54,874 nt of DNA from Aestuariivirga sp. (GTDB taxonomy: Bacteria; Pseudomonadota; Alphaproteobacteria; Rhizobiales; Aestuariivirgaceae). The stretch covers positions 1 through 54,874 of the forward strand of contig NZ_JBIICB010000001.1 of NCBI RefSeq assembly GCF_044239095.1, given 5' to 3'. Shown here one piece after another: positions 30,254-38,825 of this stretch (position 1 is the first letter of the stretch; the number at the start of each line of letters is the position of its first letter). A program made the translations under genes and the position numbers. The notes under the pieces were generated by a model. The model did no database searches. It was not told the origin of the DNA and saw only the letters and a list, made by a program, of their open reading frames with translations.

Positions 30254-31120
30254 ACTCTAAACTTCCGTCATCCCGGCGAAGGCCGGGATCCCGCTTTCTT
30301 GCACCGCGCGCACGGCATCAAAGCTGGATCCCGGCCTTCGCCGGGATGACGGGGTGAGGGTATTGTGGACCACCACGGGTGGCGGCCGCTTCAGTCACCT
30401 TTCATTCCGCTCAGCGCCTCCACTGCCTGGGGCGACAGCGCGAAGAACCGGAGGACGGACATGGCCGAGACGCCGGCCACCACTGCGCGCTATCGATGTC
30501 GGAATAGGCCATGGCATTGAGCACGGATACCGTGAACTACGTGCGCGGGCGAGCGCGTGATCGACAGCTTCGTCTCACGGGGGTGAACTCTCAACTTCCG
30601 TCATCCCGGCGAAGGCCGGGATCCCGCTTTCTTGCACCGCGCGCATGGCATCAAAGCTGGATCCCGGCCTTCGCCGGGATGACGGGGTGAGGGTATTGTG
30701 GACCACCATGGGTGGCGGCCGCTTCAGTCACCTTTCATTCCGCTCACCGCCTCCCCTGCCCGGGGCGACTGCGCGATGAACTGCAGGACAGACATTGCCA
30801 AGTTGGCCGCCACCACTGCGCGCCCTCGAGCACGTATGCCGTGAACTACGTGCGCGGGCGAGAAGCGCGTAATCGACAGCTTCGTCTCACGGGGGTGAAC
30901 TCTAAACGTCCGTCATCCCGGCGAAGGCCGGGATCCAGCTTTCTTGCACCGCGCGCATGGCGTCAAAGCTGGATCCCGGCCTTCGCCGGGATGACGGAAT
31001 TGTGGGCCACCACGGGTGGCGGCCGCTTCAGTCATTTTTCATTCCGCTCACCGCCTCCCCCGCCCGGGGCGAGAGCGTGATGAATTGGAGGACGGACATG
31101 GCCGAGACGGCCGCCACCAC
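30212..31120. repeat. Triplicated unit (uvrD tail + REP doublet + MFS tail), periods 333 and 312 bp
   Basis: cgtctcacgggggtgaactct occurs three times (TGA at 30251, 30584, 30896); REP doublets at 30265-30352, 30598-30685, 30910-30997. Confidence 0.92.
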
Positions 31121-32419
31121 GCAGAAGGCGATGGTGAAGTCGGCGCCCGTCAGCGTCTCGTCTGCACGCCACCACTGCGCGCCCTCGAGCACGAAGGCGG
31201 CGAGCACGACGCCCATGGACAGGGAGAGCTGTTGCACCACGGTGTAGAGGCTCGTCGCATGGCTTGCCTGCGCGTTATCGATGTCGGAATAGGCCATGGC
31301 GTTGAGCGCGGTGAACTGCAGCGAGCGCAGGAAGCCGCCGATGAAGAGCACGGCAGCCGCGGCAAGCCAGGGCGTGGCCGATGACAGGAAGCCCATGGCA
31401 AGGATCGAGACGCAGGCGAGAAGCCCATTGACCATGAGCAGCCTCCGGAAGCCGAAGCGGCGGATGAGGCGCGCGGCGCCGAACTTCATCGAGATGGCGC
31501 CCGCCGCGGCGACGAAGGTGATGAGGCCGGACTGGAAGGCGCTCATGCCATAGGCGAGCTGGAACATCAGCGGCAGCAGGAAAGGCACGGCCCCTACCCC
31601 GATACGGAACATGCTGCCCGCGGCGACGCCGACGCGGAAGGTTTCGATGCGGAGCAGCCGCAGGTCGAGGATCGGATTTTCCGCCGCCATCGCGTGGCGC
31701 ACATAGAGTGCGCACAGCACGAGCCCGATACAGATCAGAGCCGTAGGGCTCCAGCCCGGCAGGAGATCGCGCCCCATGACGGTGAAGCCGAAGACCAGGG
31801 CGGAAAGCCCGGCGCCAGAGAGGAAGAAGCCCCTGACGTCGAGCGGCGGCGCCTGCTCTGCCCGCGTATCCGGCATGTAGAGGCTGGCGAGCAGGATGGC
31901 GAGGATGCCGAAGGGCAGGTTCATCCAGAAGATCCAGCGCCAGCCGGCCGTGTCGGTGATGAAGCCACCGGCGGGCGGGCCAACGAGCGGCCCCAGCAGT
32001 GCCGGAATGGTGAGCCAGGCCAGCGCATCGACCAGTTCCGCCTTTGGCACCGAGCGGAGCAGGATGAGGCGGCCCACCGGCACCATCATCGCGCCGCCCA
32101 CCCCCTGCAGCCCGCGCGCCGCCACCAGCTCACCCAGCGTTGTCGCTGACCCGCAGGCGAGCGAGCCCAGCGTGAAGATGGCAATCGCCACGCGAAACAC
32201 ATGGCGCGCCCCGAAGCGGTCCGCCAGCCAGCCGCTCACCGGAATGAAGACCGTGAGGCTCAGGAGATAGGTGGTGAAGGCGAGCTTCAGCACAACCGCA
32301 TCCGTGCCGAGGTCACGCGCCATGGCGGGCAGCGCCGTGGCGATGATCGTCCCGTCCATGTTCTCCATGAACAGGGCGGAGGCGATGATGAGCGGAATCA
32401 GCCGGGAGGAGGTCATCAA
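31028..32419 (-). CDS. DHA2-type MFS efflux transporter
   Basis: FMENMDGTIIATALP, GWLADRFGAR, RGLQGVGGAMM, WRWIFWMNLP. Confidence 0.93.
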   Translation of the reverse strand: MMTSSRLIPLIIASALFMENMDGTIIATALPAMARDLGTDAVVLKLAFTTYLLSLTVFIPVSGWLADRFGARHVFRVAIAIFTLGSLACGSATTLGELVAARGLQGVGGAMMVPVGRLILLRSVPKAELVDALAWLTIPALLGPLVGPPAGGFITDTAGWRWIFWMNLPFGILAILLASLYMPDTRAEQAPPLDVRGFFLSGAGLSALVFGFTVMGRDLLPGWSPTALICIGLVLCALYVRHAMAAENPILDLRLLRIETFRVGVAAGSMFRIGVGAVPFLLPLMFQLAYGMSAFQSGLITFVAAAGAISMKFGAARLIRRFGFRRLLMVNGLLACVSILAMGFLSSATPWLAAAAVLFIGGFLRSLQFTALNAMAYSDIDNAQASHATSLYTVVQQLSLSMGVVLAAFVLEGAQWWRADETLTGADFTIAFCVVAAVSAMSVLQFITLSPRAGEAVSGMKND

Positions 32420-32592
32420 GGTTTGGATACCATACCGAGACAGATGGCGCCCGGGGTTCCCCCCTCCCCCTTCGTGGGGGGCTGGCAGGGCACCGGTTTG
32501 GCCCCTTTCCCGCCCGAATTCACAGGTCTATAAGCGCCTCAAACTGCCCAATGCGGCACAGTTGGCGCGTGCGCTGCGCCCGGAGCAATTTC

Positions 32593-34470
32593 GTGATCGA
32601 ACGTTTCTTCCGCTGGCTCGAGCAGCTGGTGAACCCTTTTCCGCCTGGACAGCCCGGCATGCCGCCTAAGGGGCTGCTGGCCTTCGCCTGGCATTACACC
32701 AGGCCGTTCTGGCCGCTGCTGGTCATCTCGATGATGTTCTCGGCCGTGATCGCGCTGCTTGAGGTGTGGCTCTTCGCCTTCCTGGGCGACCTCGTGGACC
32801 TTTTGACCTCTGCCGAACGGGCGACCTTCTGGGAGAACCACGGCACCAAGCTGATGGTCATGGGGGCAATCGTGCTGGTGGTGCTGCCGGTTCTCAACTT
32901 CTTTTCGGAGGCGGTCTCGCACCAGGGGCTGCGCGGCAACTACGCCATGCGCATCCGCTGGACGGCGCACCGCTACGTGCTGCGCCAGAGCATGGACTTC
33001 TTCCACAACGACTTTGCCGGCCGCGTGGCCACCAAGGTGATGCAGACCGCACTCGGCGTGCGCGATGCGGTGATGAAGCTCACCGAAGTCATCATCTATG
33101 TTTCCGTCTATTTCACCGGCGCCCTCATCCTGGTTGCAACGAGTGACCTGTGGCTGATGGCGCCGCTGCTGATCTGGTTCGCAGGCTATGTGGCAGCCTG
33201 CTGGTATTTCGTGCCGAAGCTGGGAAAGCTCTCCGCCGACCAGGCGGACATGCGCTCCCTCGTCACCGGCCGCGTCGTGGACAGCTACACCAACATCCCG
33301 ACGGTGAAGCTCTTCGCCCATGCCGACCGCGAGGATGCCTATGCGAAGGAAGGCATGGGCCTGATGCTGGAGACGGTGAACCGCTCCATGCGCATGTCGA
33401 CGCTGATGACGTCCACGCTGCAGCTGCTCTCCGGCGTGCTGATCTTCACCATGTCGGCCATGTCGATCTGGCTGTGGCACCAGGGCGCCATCACCACCGG
33501 CGCCATCGCCTTCGCCATCGGGCTGACGCTGCGCATCAAGGCCATGTCGCAATGGATCATCTGGGAGGTGGCGGGCCTGTTCGAGGATGTGGGCGTGATC
33601 CAGGACGGGATCGAGACCATCGCCCGCGACCGCACCATCAAGGATGCAGAAGGCGCGAAGCCGCTCGCCGTTTCCCAGGGCGCCATCGCCTTCGAGAACG
33701 TGACCTTCAACTACGGCAAGGCCATTGAGCCGAATGACAAGCCGGTGCTGGCCAAGCTGTCGCTGTCGATCGCACCGGGCGAGAAGGTCGGGCTGGTCGG
33801 GCGCTCAGGGGCTGGCAAGTCGACGCTCACCAACCTGCTGCTGCGCTTCTATGACATCGAGAAGGGCCGCATCCTGATCGATGGGCAGGACATCTCGCAG
33901 GTCACGCAGGATTCGCTGCGCGCCGCGATCGGCGTCGTGACGCAGGATACCTCCCTCCTCCACCGCTCGGTGATCGACAACATCCGCTACGGCAAGCCCG
34001 ATGCCTCCATGGCCGAGATCGAGGCGGCAGCGCGCAAGGCCCATGCCGACGAGTTCATCGCCTCCCTCGTCGACCCCAAGGGGCGGCGCGGCTACGAGGC
34101 GCATGTGGGCGAGCGCGGTGTCAAGCTTTCGGGCGGGCAGCGCCAGAGGATCGCCATTGCCCGCGTGCTGCTCAAGAACGCGCCCATCCTGGTGCTCGAC
34201 GAGGCAACAAGCGCGCTCGATTCGGAGGTCGAACAGGCGATCCAGGAAAACCTCTATGCGCTGATGGAAGGCAAGACGGTGATCGCTGTCGCGCACCGCC
34301 TCTCCACCATCGCCGCGATGGACCGCCTCGTGATCATGGACAGGGGCGTCATCGTCGAGGACGGAAGCCACCGCGAATTGTTGCAGCGCGGCGGCCTCTA
34401 TGCCTCGCTGTGGCAGCGCCAGTCCGGCGGGTTCCTGGTGGACGAGGAAGATCTGGCCGCCGCCGAGTAA
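32593..34470 (+). CDS. ABC exporter, fused permease/ATPase
   Basis: [31 protein letters not shown]; GGAG RBS before GTG. Confidence 0.95.
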   Translation: MIERFFRWLEQLVNPFPPGQPGMPPKGLLAFAWHYTRPFWPLLVISMMFSAVIALLEVWLFAFLGDLVDLLTSAERATFWENHGTKLMVMGAIVLVVLPVLNFFSEAVSHQGLRGNYAMRIRWTAHRYVLRQSMDFFHNDFAGRVATKVMQTALGVRDAVMKLTEVIIYVSVYFTGALILVATSDLWLMAPLLIWFAGYVAACWYFVPKLGKLSADQADMRSLVTGRVVDSYTNIPTVKLFAHADREDAYAKEGMGLMLETVNRSMRMSTLMTSTLQLLSGVLIFTMSAMSIWLWHQGAITTGAIAFAIGLTLRIKAMSQWIIWEVAGLFEDVGVIQDGIETIARDRTIKDAEGAKPLAVSQGAIAFENVTFNYGKAIEPNDKPVLAKLSLSIAPGEKVGLVGRSGAGKSTLTNLLLRFYDIEKGRILIDGQDISQVTQDSLRAAIGVVTQDTSLLHRSVIDNIRYGKPDASMAEIEAAARKAHADEFIASLVDPKGRRGYEAHVGERGVKLSGGQRQRIAIARVLLKNAPILVLDEATSALDSEVEQAIQENLYALMEGKTVIAVAHRLSTIAAMDRLVIMDRGVIVEDGSHRELLQRGGLYASLWQRQSGGFLVDEEDLAAAE

Positions 34471-34534
34471 ACATTTCTTTACCTTATTGCCGCCACAACG
34501 GCGGGTGATTTGGCCTCGGAGCAGAGGGAAGAAC

Positions 34535-35194
34535 ATGTTTCGCAAAGTGATATTGCTTGCCGCCGCGGGTGCCGTGGTCGCCGCCTGTACGACGGATCCT
34601 TTCACCGGCGAACAGAAGATATCGAACACCGCGATCGGTGCTGGCACCGGCGCGCTGCTGGGCACCGCGACGGGCCTCATCATCGGCAAGAACACGAGCG
34701 CCTCCTCGCGCAAGGCCATGCTGATCGGCGCGGGCATCGGCGCGCTCGCGGGCGGCGGCGTGGGCCTCTACATGGACAATCAGGAGGCCAAGCTGCGCCA
34801 GCGGCTGCAGGGCTCAGGAATATCCGTCACGCGCGCCGGGCAGGACATCATCCTGAACATGCCTTCGAACGTCACCTTCGCCACCGACAGCGCAGACCTG
34901 AAGCCGCAGTTCTTCGAGACGCTGAACGCCGTGGCGATCGTGCTCAGCGAATTCAACCGCACCCTCGTCGACGTGACGGGCCATACCGATTCGACCGGAT
35001 CGGCGGCGCACAACCAGCGCCTGTCCGAGCGCCGCGCAGGCACGGTTGCGGAGTATCTGGTGGCCCAGGGCAACAATCCGCAGCGCTTCCAGGTCCTCGG
35101 CATGGGCCAGAACGAGCCCATCGCATCTAATGCGACGGCCGAGGGCCGCGCCCAGAACCGCCGCGTCGAGATCCGCATCGTACCGCTGACCTGA
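34535..35194 (+). CDS. OmpA-family lipoprotein (YiaD-like)
   Basis: Lipobox VAAC, glycine zipper, GHTDS, NQRLSERRA, NRRVEI. Confidence 0.93.
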   Translation: MFRKVILLAAAGAVVAACTTDPFTGEQKISNTAIGAGTGALLGTATGLIIGKNTSASSRKAMLIGAGIGALAGGGVGLYMDNQEAKLRQRLQGSGISVTRAGQDIILNMPSNVTFATDSADLKPQFFETLNAVAIVLSEFNRTLVDVTGHTDSTGSAAHNQRLSERRAGTVAEYLVAQGNNPQRFQVLGMGQNEPIASNATAEGRAQNRRVEIRIVPLT

Positions 35195-35247
35195 GGCGCG
35201 AACGGGGCCACTTCTCTCATCCGCCAAAACCCCGTAAAGCGCGCGTC

Positions 35248-36198
35248 ATGACCGAAGCGCGCTTTACCCTTACCATTCCAGCCCTCTCCCATGATGCCGC
35301 CCAGGCCCTGGCCGCGGCGCTGGAGGAGAACATCTTCATCGATCCCCTGGCCGTCACCATCAACGAGACGGACGAGGCCAAGGCCCTGTGGGAACTCGCG
35401 CTCTATTTCGGCAGCGAGGCGGACGCCGAGGCGGCGCGCGCCATCGGCGCGCTGGCTGAGGGGCGGGTGGCCCCGATGCCGCAGCAGGATTGGGTGCGCC
35501 AGTCGCTTGAGGGGCTGGCCCCGGTCAGTGCAGGACGGTTCTTCCTCCACGGCGCCCATGACCGCCCGCGGCGGCGGGCCGGCGGCGTTTCATTGGAAAT
35601 CGACGCCGGCACCGCCTTCGGCACCGGCCACCACGGCACGACGGAAGGCTGCCTGCTGGCGCTCGACGGCATCCTGAAGCGCCGTGCGCCGGCCCGCATC
35701 CTGGACGTGGGCTGCGGAACGGGCGTTCTCGCCATCGCCGCCGCAAAAGCCACGCGCCGCGCCGCCCTGGCGGGCGACATCGACCCAGAAGCGGTGCGCG
35801 TCACCCGCGCCAACGCCACGCTGAACGGGGTGAAGACTGAGGTCACGAGCATCACCGCTGCAGGCCTCAACCACCCGCTGATCGCTGCGGGCGGTCCCTA
35901 TGACCTGATCTTCGCAAACATACTGGCGCGCCCCCTCGTGGCGCTGGCAACCGGCCTTGCGCGCGCGCTGGCGCCGGGCGGAGACCTGATTCTCTCCGGC
36001 CTCACAGCGGAGCAGATGCGCTGGATCGAGGCCACCTACCGAAGCCGCGGACTGGCCATGGCCTGCCGCATCCGTCGCGGCAACTGGGCCACCCTCGTCT
36101 TCACCCGCCCCAAACGGAAAAAGCGCCCGGGAGGGAGGACACCCGGGCGCTTTCTTGCTGCCGGCCCGAGAGGGGCCGGCTGGGAGTTCGATTGCTAG
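35248..36198 (+). CDS. prmA: Ribosomal protein L11 methyltransferase
   Basis: AFGTGHHGTT, LDVGCGTGVL, ANILA, LILSG. Confidence 0.93.
   Translation: MTEARFTLTIPALSHDAAQALAAALEENIFIDPLAVTINETDEAKALWELALYFGSEADAEAARAIGALAEGRVAPMPQQDWVRQSLEGLAPVSAGRFFLHGAHDRPRRRAGGVSLEIDAGTAFGTGHHGTTEGCLLALDGILKRRAPARILDVGCGTGVLAIAAAKATRRAALAGDIDPEAVRVTRANATLNGVKTEVTSITAAGLNHPLIAAGGPYDLIFANILARPLVALATGLARALAPGGDLILSGLTAEQMRWIEATYRSRGLAMACRIRRGNWATLVFTRPKRKKRPGGRTPGRFLAAGPRGAGWEFDC
36118..36195 (-). ncRNA. Candidate 3'-UTR sRNA/terminator with CU-rich loops (cuckoo-like)
   Basis: Minus-strand hairpins GCCGGCCC-CTCTC-GGGCCGGC and AAGCGCCCGGG-TGTCCTCCCT-CCCGGGCGCTT followed by Ts. Confidence 0.55.
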
Positions 36199-36201
36199 AA
36201 C

Positions 36202-36396
36202 TTAAGAGCCCCAGACCATGCGGGAAATCTCCGAACGCTTCACGCCGATGTCAGCGAGGAGCCGGTCATCAAGCTGGGCGAGCTGGCGCTCGGCCCGGCT
36301 GCGGGCGAGATAGGACCTCACCCGGCCGATGAGGCCCGGACCCATGGTGAAACCTTCGTTGCGGACAGCCTGGCGGCCATAATTGATCGTGGTCAT
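36202..36396 (-). CDS. DUF1127 small protein
   Basis: RQLAQLDDRLLADIGVKRSEI motif; AGGAG RBS 7 nt upstream. Confidence 0.92.
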   Translation of the reverse strand: MTTINYGRQAVRNEGFTMGPGLIGRVRSYLARSRAERQLAQLDDRLLADIGVKRSEISRMVWGS

Positions 36397-36540
36397 GTTC
36401 ATTCTCCTGTTCATCTCTCAAAATCCAGGCCCGGATGGTGGGCGCCGTGATCCCTCGAGGGTTTGTTGTGCGGTGCACTGTTGCAATGCGATATAGTGAG
36501 CAACTGCACGCCAAGCTACAGCCAGCTTCGCGTTTCTGAT

Positions 36541-36555
36541 ATGCGCTTTGTGCAT
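36541..36555. promoter_or_regulatory. LysR-type palindrome ATGC-N7-GCAT
   Basis: T-N11-A dyad upstream of the DUF1127 gene. Confidence 0.45.
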
Positions 36556-36780
36556 GATCTGAATCACTGCTGATTTTCCCTCGACGACCGCCACTACGGA
36601 AAGAAAATAACCTTGGATTACGACAGTATTGTTGCGGAATCTGCCTTATTTCGGACCCAGAAATTAACAGCCGTTCATTTGTCTGAATCGCTCAGAATAG
36701 TGTCGCATTTCGACGTTTTGCATGTTCCAGGCGCATGGATGGAGGCGATTATTCATGCTGCGCCGCACTATACCAAAAAC

Positions 36781-36807
36781 AAAATGCCCGGCCTGGCGGC
36801 CGGGCAT
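36781..36807 (-). terminator. Rho-independent terminator of cspA
   Basis: 10-bp stem atgcccggcc/ggccgggcat followed by T-runs on the minus strand. Confidence 0.85.
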
Positions 36808-36834
36808 CACAGGTGAAAATCGTTCGTCCGGAGA

Positions 36835-37044
36835 TCAGGCGGCGACGAGGTTGCCGGCAGAACTGCGGCCGGTGCGCTTGTCAGTCACGACTTCGAAGGA
36901 GACCTTCTGGCCTTCCTTGAGGGTGCGCAGACCGGCGCGCTCGACAGCGGAGATGTGGACGAAAATGTCCTTCGAACCGTTGTCGGGCTGGATGAAGCCA
37001 TAGCCCTTCTGCTCGTTGAACCACTTCACAATACCCGTATTCAT
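36835..37044 (-). CDS. cspA: Cold-shock protein
   Basis: [21 protein letters not shown] (RNP1/RNP2). Confidence 0.96.
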   Translation of the reverse strand: MNTGIVKWFNEQKGYGFIQPDNGSKDIFVHISAVERAGLRTLKEGQKVSFEVVTDKRTGRSSAGNLVAA

Positions 37045-37222
37045 GGGCTTTTCCTTACGTTGGGTTGGTCGTCGGCCCTGACGTGGCAGTTGATGTCACG
37101 GCAGGCCATTCTCGAGAATTGGAGGAGTCTTGCGTGCGCAGCCCAACGGGGAAGCGAAGCGGCCAATCGTCCGGCCCAAGTATCGATAAGGAATATATGT
37201 CGCAGTTGGACCAGTCTTGCAA
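37045..37222 (-). promoter_or_regulatory. cspA promoter and long (about 140 nt) 5' UTR
   Basis: TTGCAA-N17-CATATA at 37222-37194; long leaders are typical of cold-regulated csp genes. Confidence 0.5.
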
Positions 37223-37316
37223 GGTGAATTGGACTCAAGTTCAGCCATCCGGCTGTTGCGGAGCGGATGGATGTGCTTGAAGTTGCCGCCTGCAAACCAT
37301 TCCGCACGGAGGCCCC

Positions 37317-38825
37317 ATGCACCTGCTCCGACACCCGTTGATTGCTGCCTTTATCATCGCTGCAACCTTGATTTTGCCCGCGCGTGCGGAAACGGTGAGC
37401 TTTACGCTGATCCTTGCCAATGACATCTACGGGATCGAAGCCGGGGCCGAGCGCGGCGGGTTCGCCCGGCTCAACGCCCTTGTCAAGGCAGAGCGCGCAA
37501 GCGGCAAGACGGTGATCTACGCCCATGCGGGCGACGTGATCTCGCCGTCCCTGCTCTCGGCTCTCGACAAGGGCGAGCACACCATTGCCCTCACAAACCT
37601 TGCGCCTCCCGATATCTTCGCGCCCGGGAACCATGAATTCGACTTCGGACCCGAAACCTTCCGCGCCCGCATGGCAGAGGCCCGCTTCCCCGTTTTCGCC
37701 GCCAACCTGCGGACCGCTGACGGCAAACCCCTCGACGGCTTCCGGGACGTAGAGATCAAGGAGATCTCGGGCCTGAAGCTCGGCATCATCGGCCTCGCCG
37801 CGGACGACAGCCCGGAGCGCTCCAGCCCGGGGGATGGCCTCACCTTCCTTCCGATTTTCGACACAGCACTGGCGCGCGCGGCGGAACTGCGGGCTCAAGG
37901 CGCCGACATGATCATCGTTGTGGCCCACGCCAACCGCGCGGCGGACCTCCGGCTGTTCAACAGCGGCGCCATCGACATCATCCTCTCGGGCGACGACCAT
38001 GACCTCACCCTCTTCTACGACGGCCGCTCCGTGCTGGCAGAATCGCGCGCGGAGGCCGATTATCTGGTCGCGATCGACATCACTGCCGAGGTCGCCGAAA
38101 AGGATGGCAAGCGCAGCGTGAGCTGGGTTCCCGGTTTCCGGGCCATCGACACCGCCACGGTGACGCCCGACCCCGAGACCCAGGCAAAGATCGATGCCTA
38201 CAATGCCGAACTCGACCGGGAACTGAACGTGGCGATCGGCGCCACCTCGGAACCGCTCGACAGCCAAAGGTCCACGGTGCGTGGCGGCGAGGCGGCCATC
38301 GGAAACCTCATCGCGGATGCCTTGCGCGAGGCCGTGAAGGCCGACATCGCCATCGTCAACGGCGGGAGCATCCGCGGCAACCGGGAATATCCGGCGGGAA
38401 CGCAGATCACCCGGCGCGACGTGCTGAAAGAATTTCCCTTCAGCAACAACACGGTGAAGCTCGAGGTCACGGGCGAAACCGTGTGGGCGGCACTGGAGAA
38501 CGGCGTCAGCGATGTGGAAAACAACGCTGGCCGCTTCCCGCAGGTCTCGGGCCTCTCCTTCGAGGCGGACCTCAACCAGCCGGCAGGCAAGCGCGTGATC
38601 GCCGTGACCATCGCCGGCAAGCCGCTTGACAGGACAGCCACCTACACGCTCGCCACCAGCGACTACATGTTCTCAGGCGCCGACGGCTACCAGATGCTGA
38701 AGACCGCGAAGCCCCTCCTCGGGGTGCGCGACGCAAAGCTTCTCACCAATGACGTGATGGCCTACATCGCCGCGCGCAAAACCGTCGCTGCAAAGGTCGA
38801 AGGCCGCATCTTGCTCAGGAGGTAG
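37317..38825 (+). CDS. Periplasmic 5'-nucleotidase/metallophosphoesterase
   Basis: Signal peptide; NDIY, AGD, GNHEFD, NGGSIRG, GRFPQVSG. Confidence 0.9.
   Translation: MHLLRHPLIAAFIIAATLILPARAETVSFTLILANDIYGIEAGAERGGFARLNALVKAERASGKTVIYAHAGDVISPSLLSALDKGEHTIALTNLAPPDIFAPGNHEFDFGPETFRARMAEARFPVFAANLRTADGKPLDGFRDVEIKEISGLKLGIIGLAADDSPERSSPGDGLTFLPIFDTALARAAELRAQGADMIIVVAHANRAADLRLFNSGAIDIILSGDDHDLTLFYDGRSVLAESRAEADYLVAIDITAEVAEKDGKRSVSWVPGFRAIDTATVTPDPETQAKIDAYNAELDRELNVAIGATSEPLDSQRSTVRGGEAAIGNLIADALREAVKADIAIVNGGSIRGNREYPAGTQITRRDVLKEFPFSNNTVKLEVTGETVWAALENGVSDVENNAGRFPQVSGLSFEADLNQPAGKRVIAVTIAGKPLDRTATYTLATSDYMFSGADGYQMLKTAKPLLGVRDAKLLTNDVMAYIAARKTVAAKVEGRILLRR

Noticed and set aside
30354-31080. 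ORFs 30354..30560 and 30712..31080
   Set aside because: Chance frames across the repeat remnants and REP palindromes
30212-31120. Possible CRISPR array
   Set aside because: Units are over 300 bp, the intervening sequences are homologous to each other and to the flanking genes, and there are no cas genes
36613-36816. 67-aa ORF in the DUF1127-cspA intergenic region
   Set aside because: TTG start, no RBS, atypical codon use, runs through the cspA terminator
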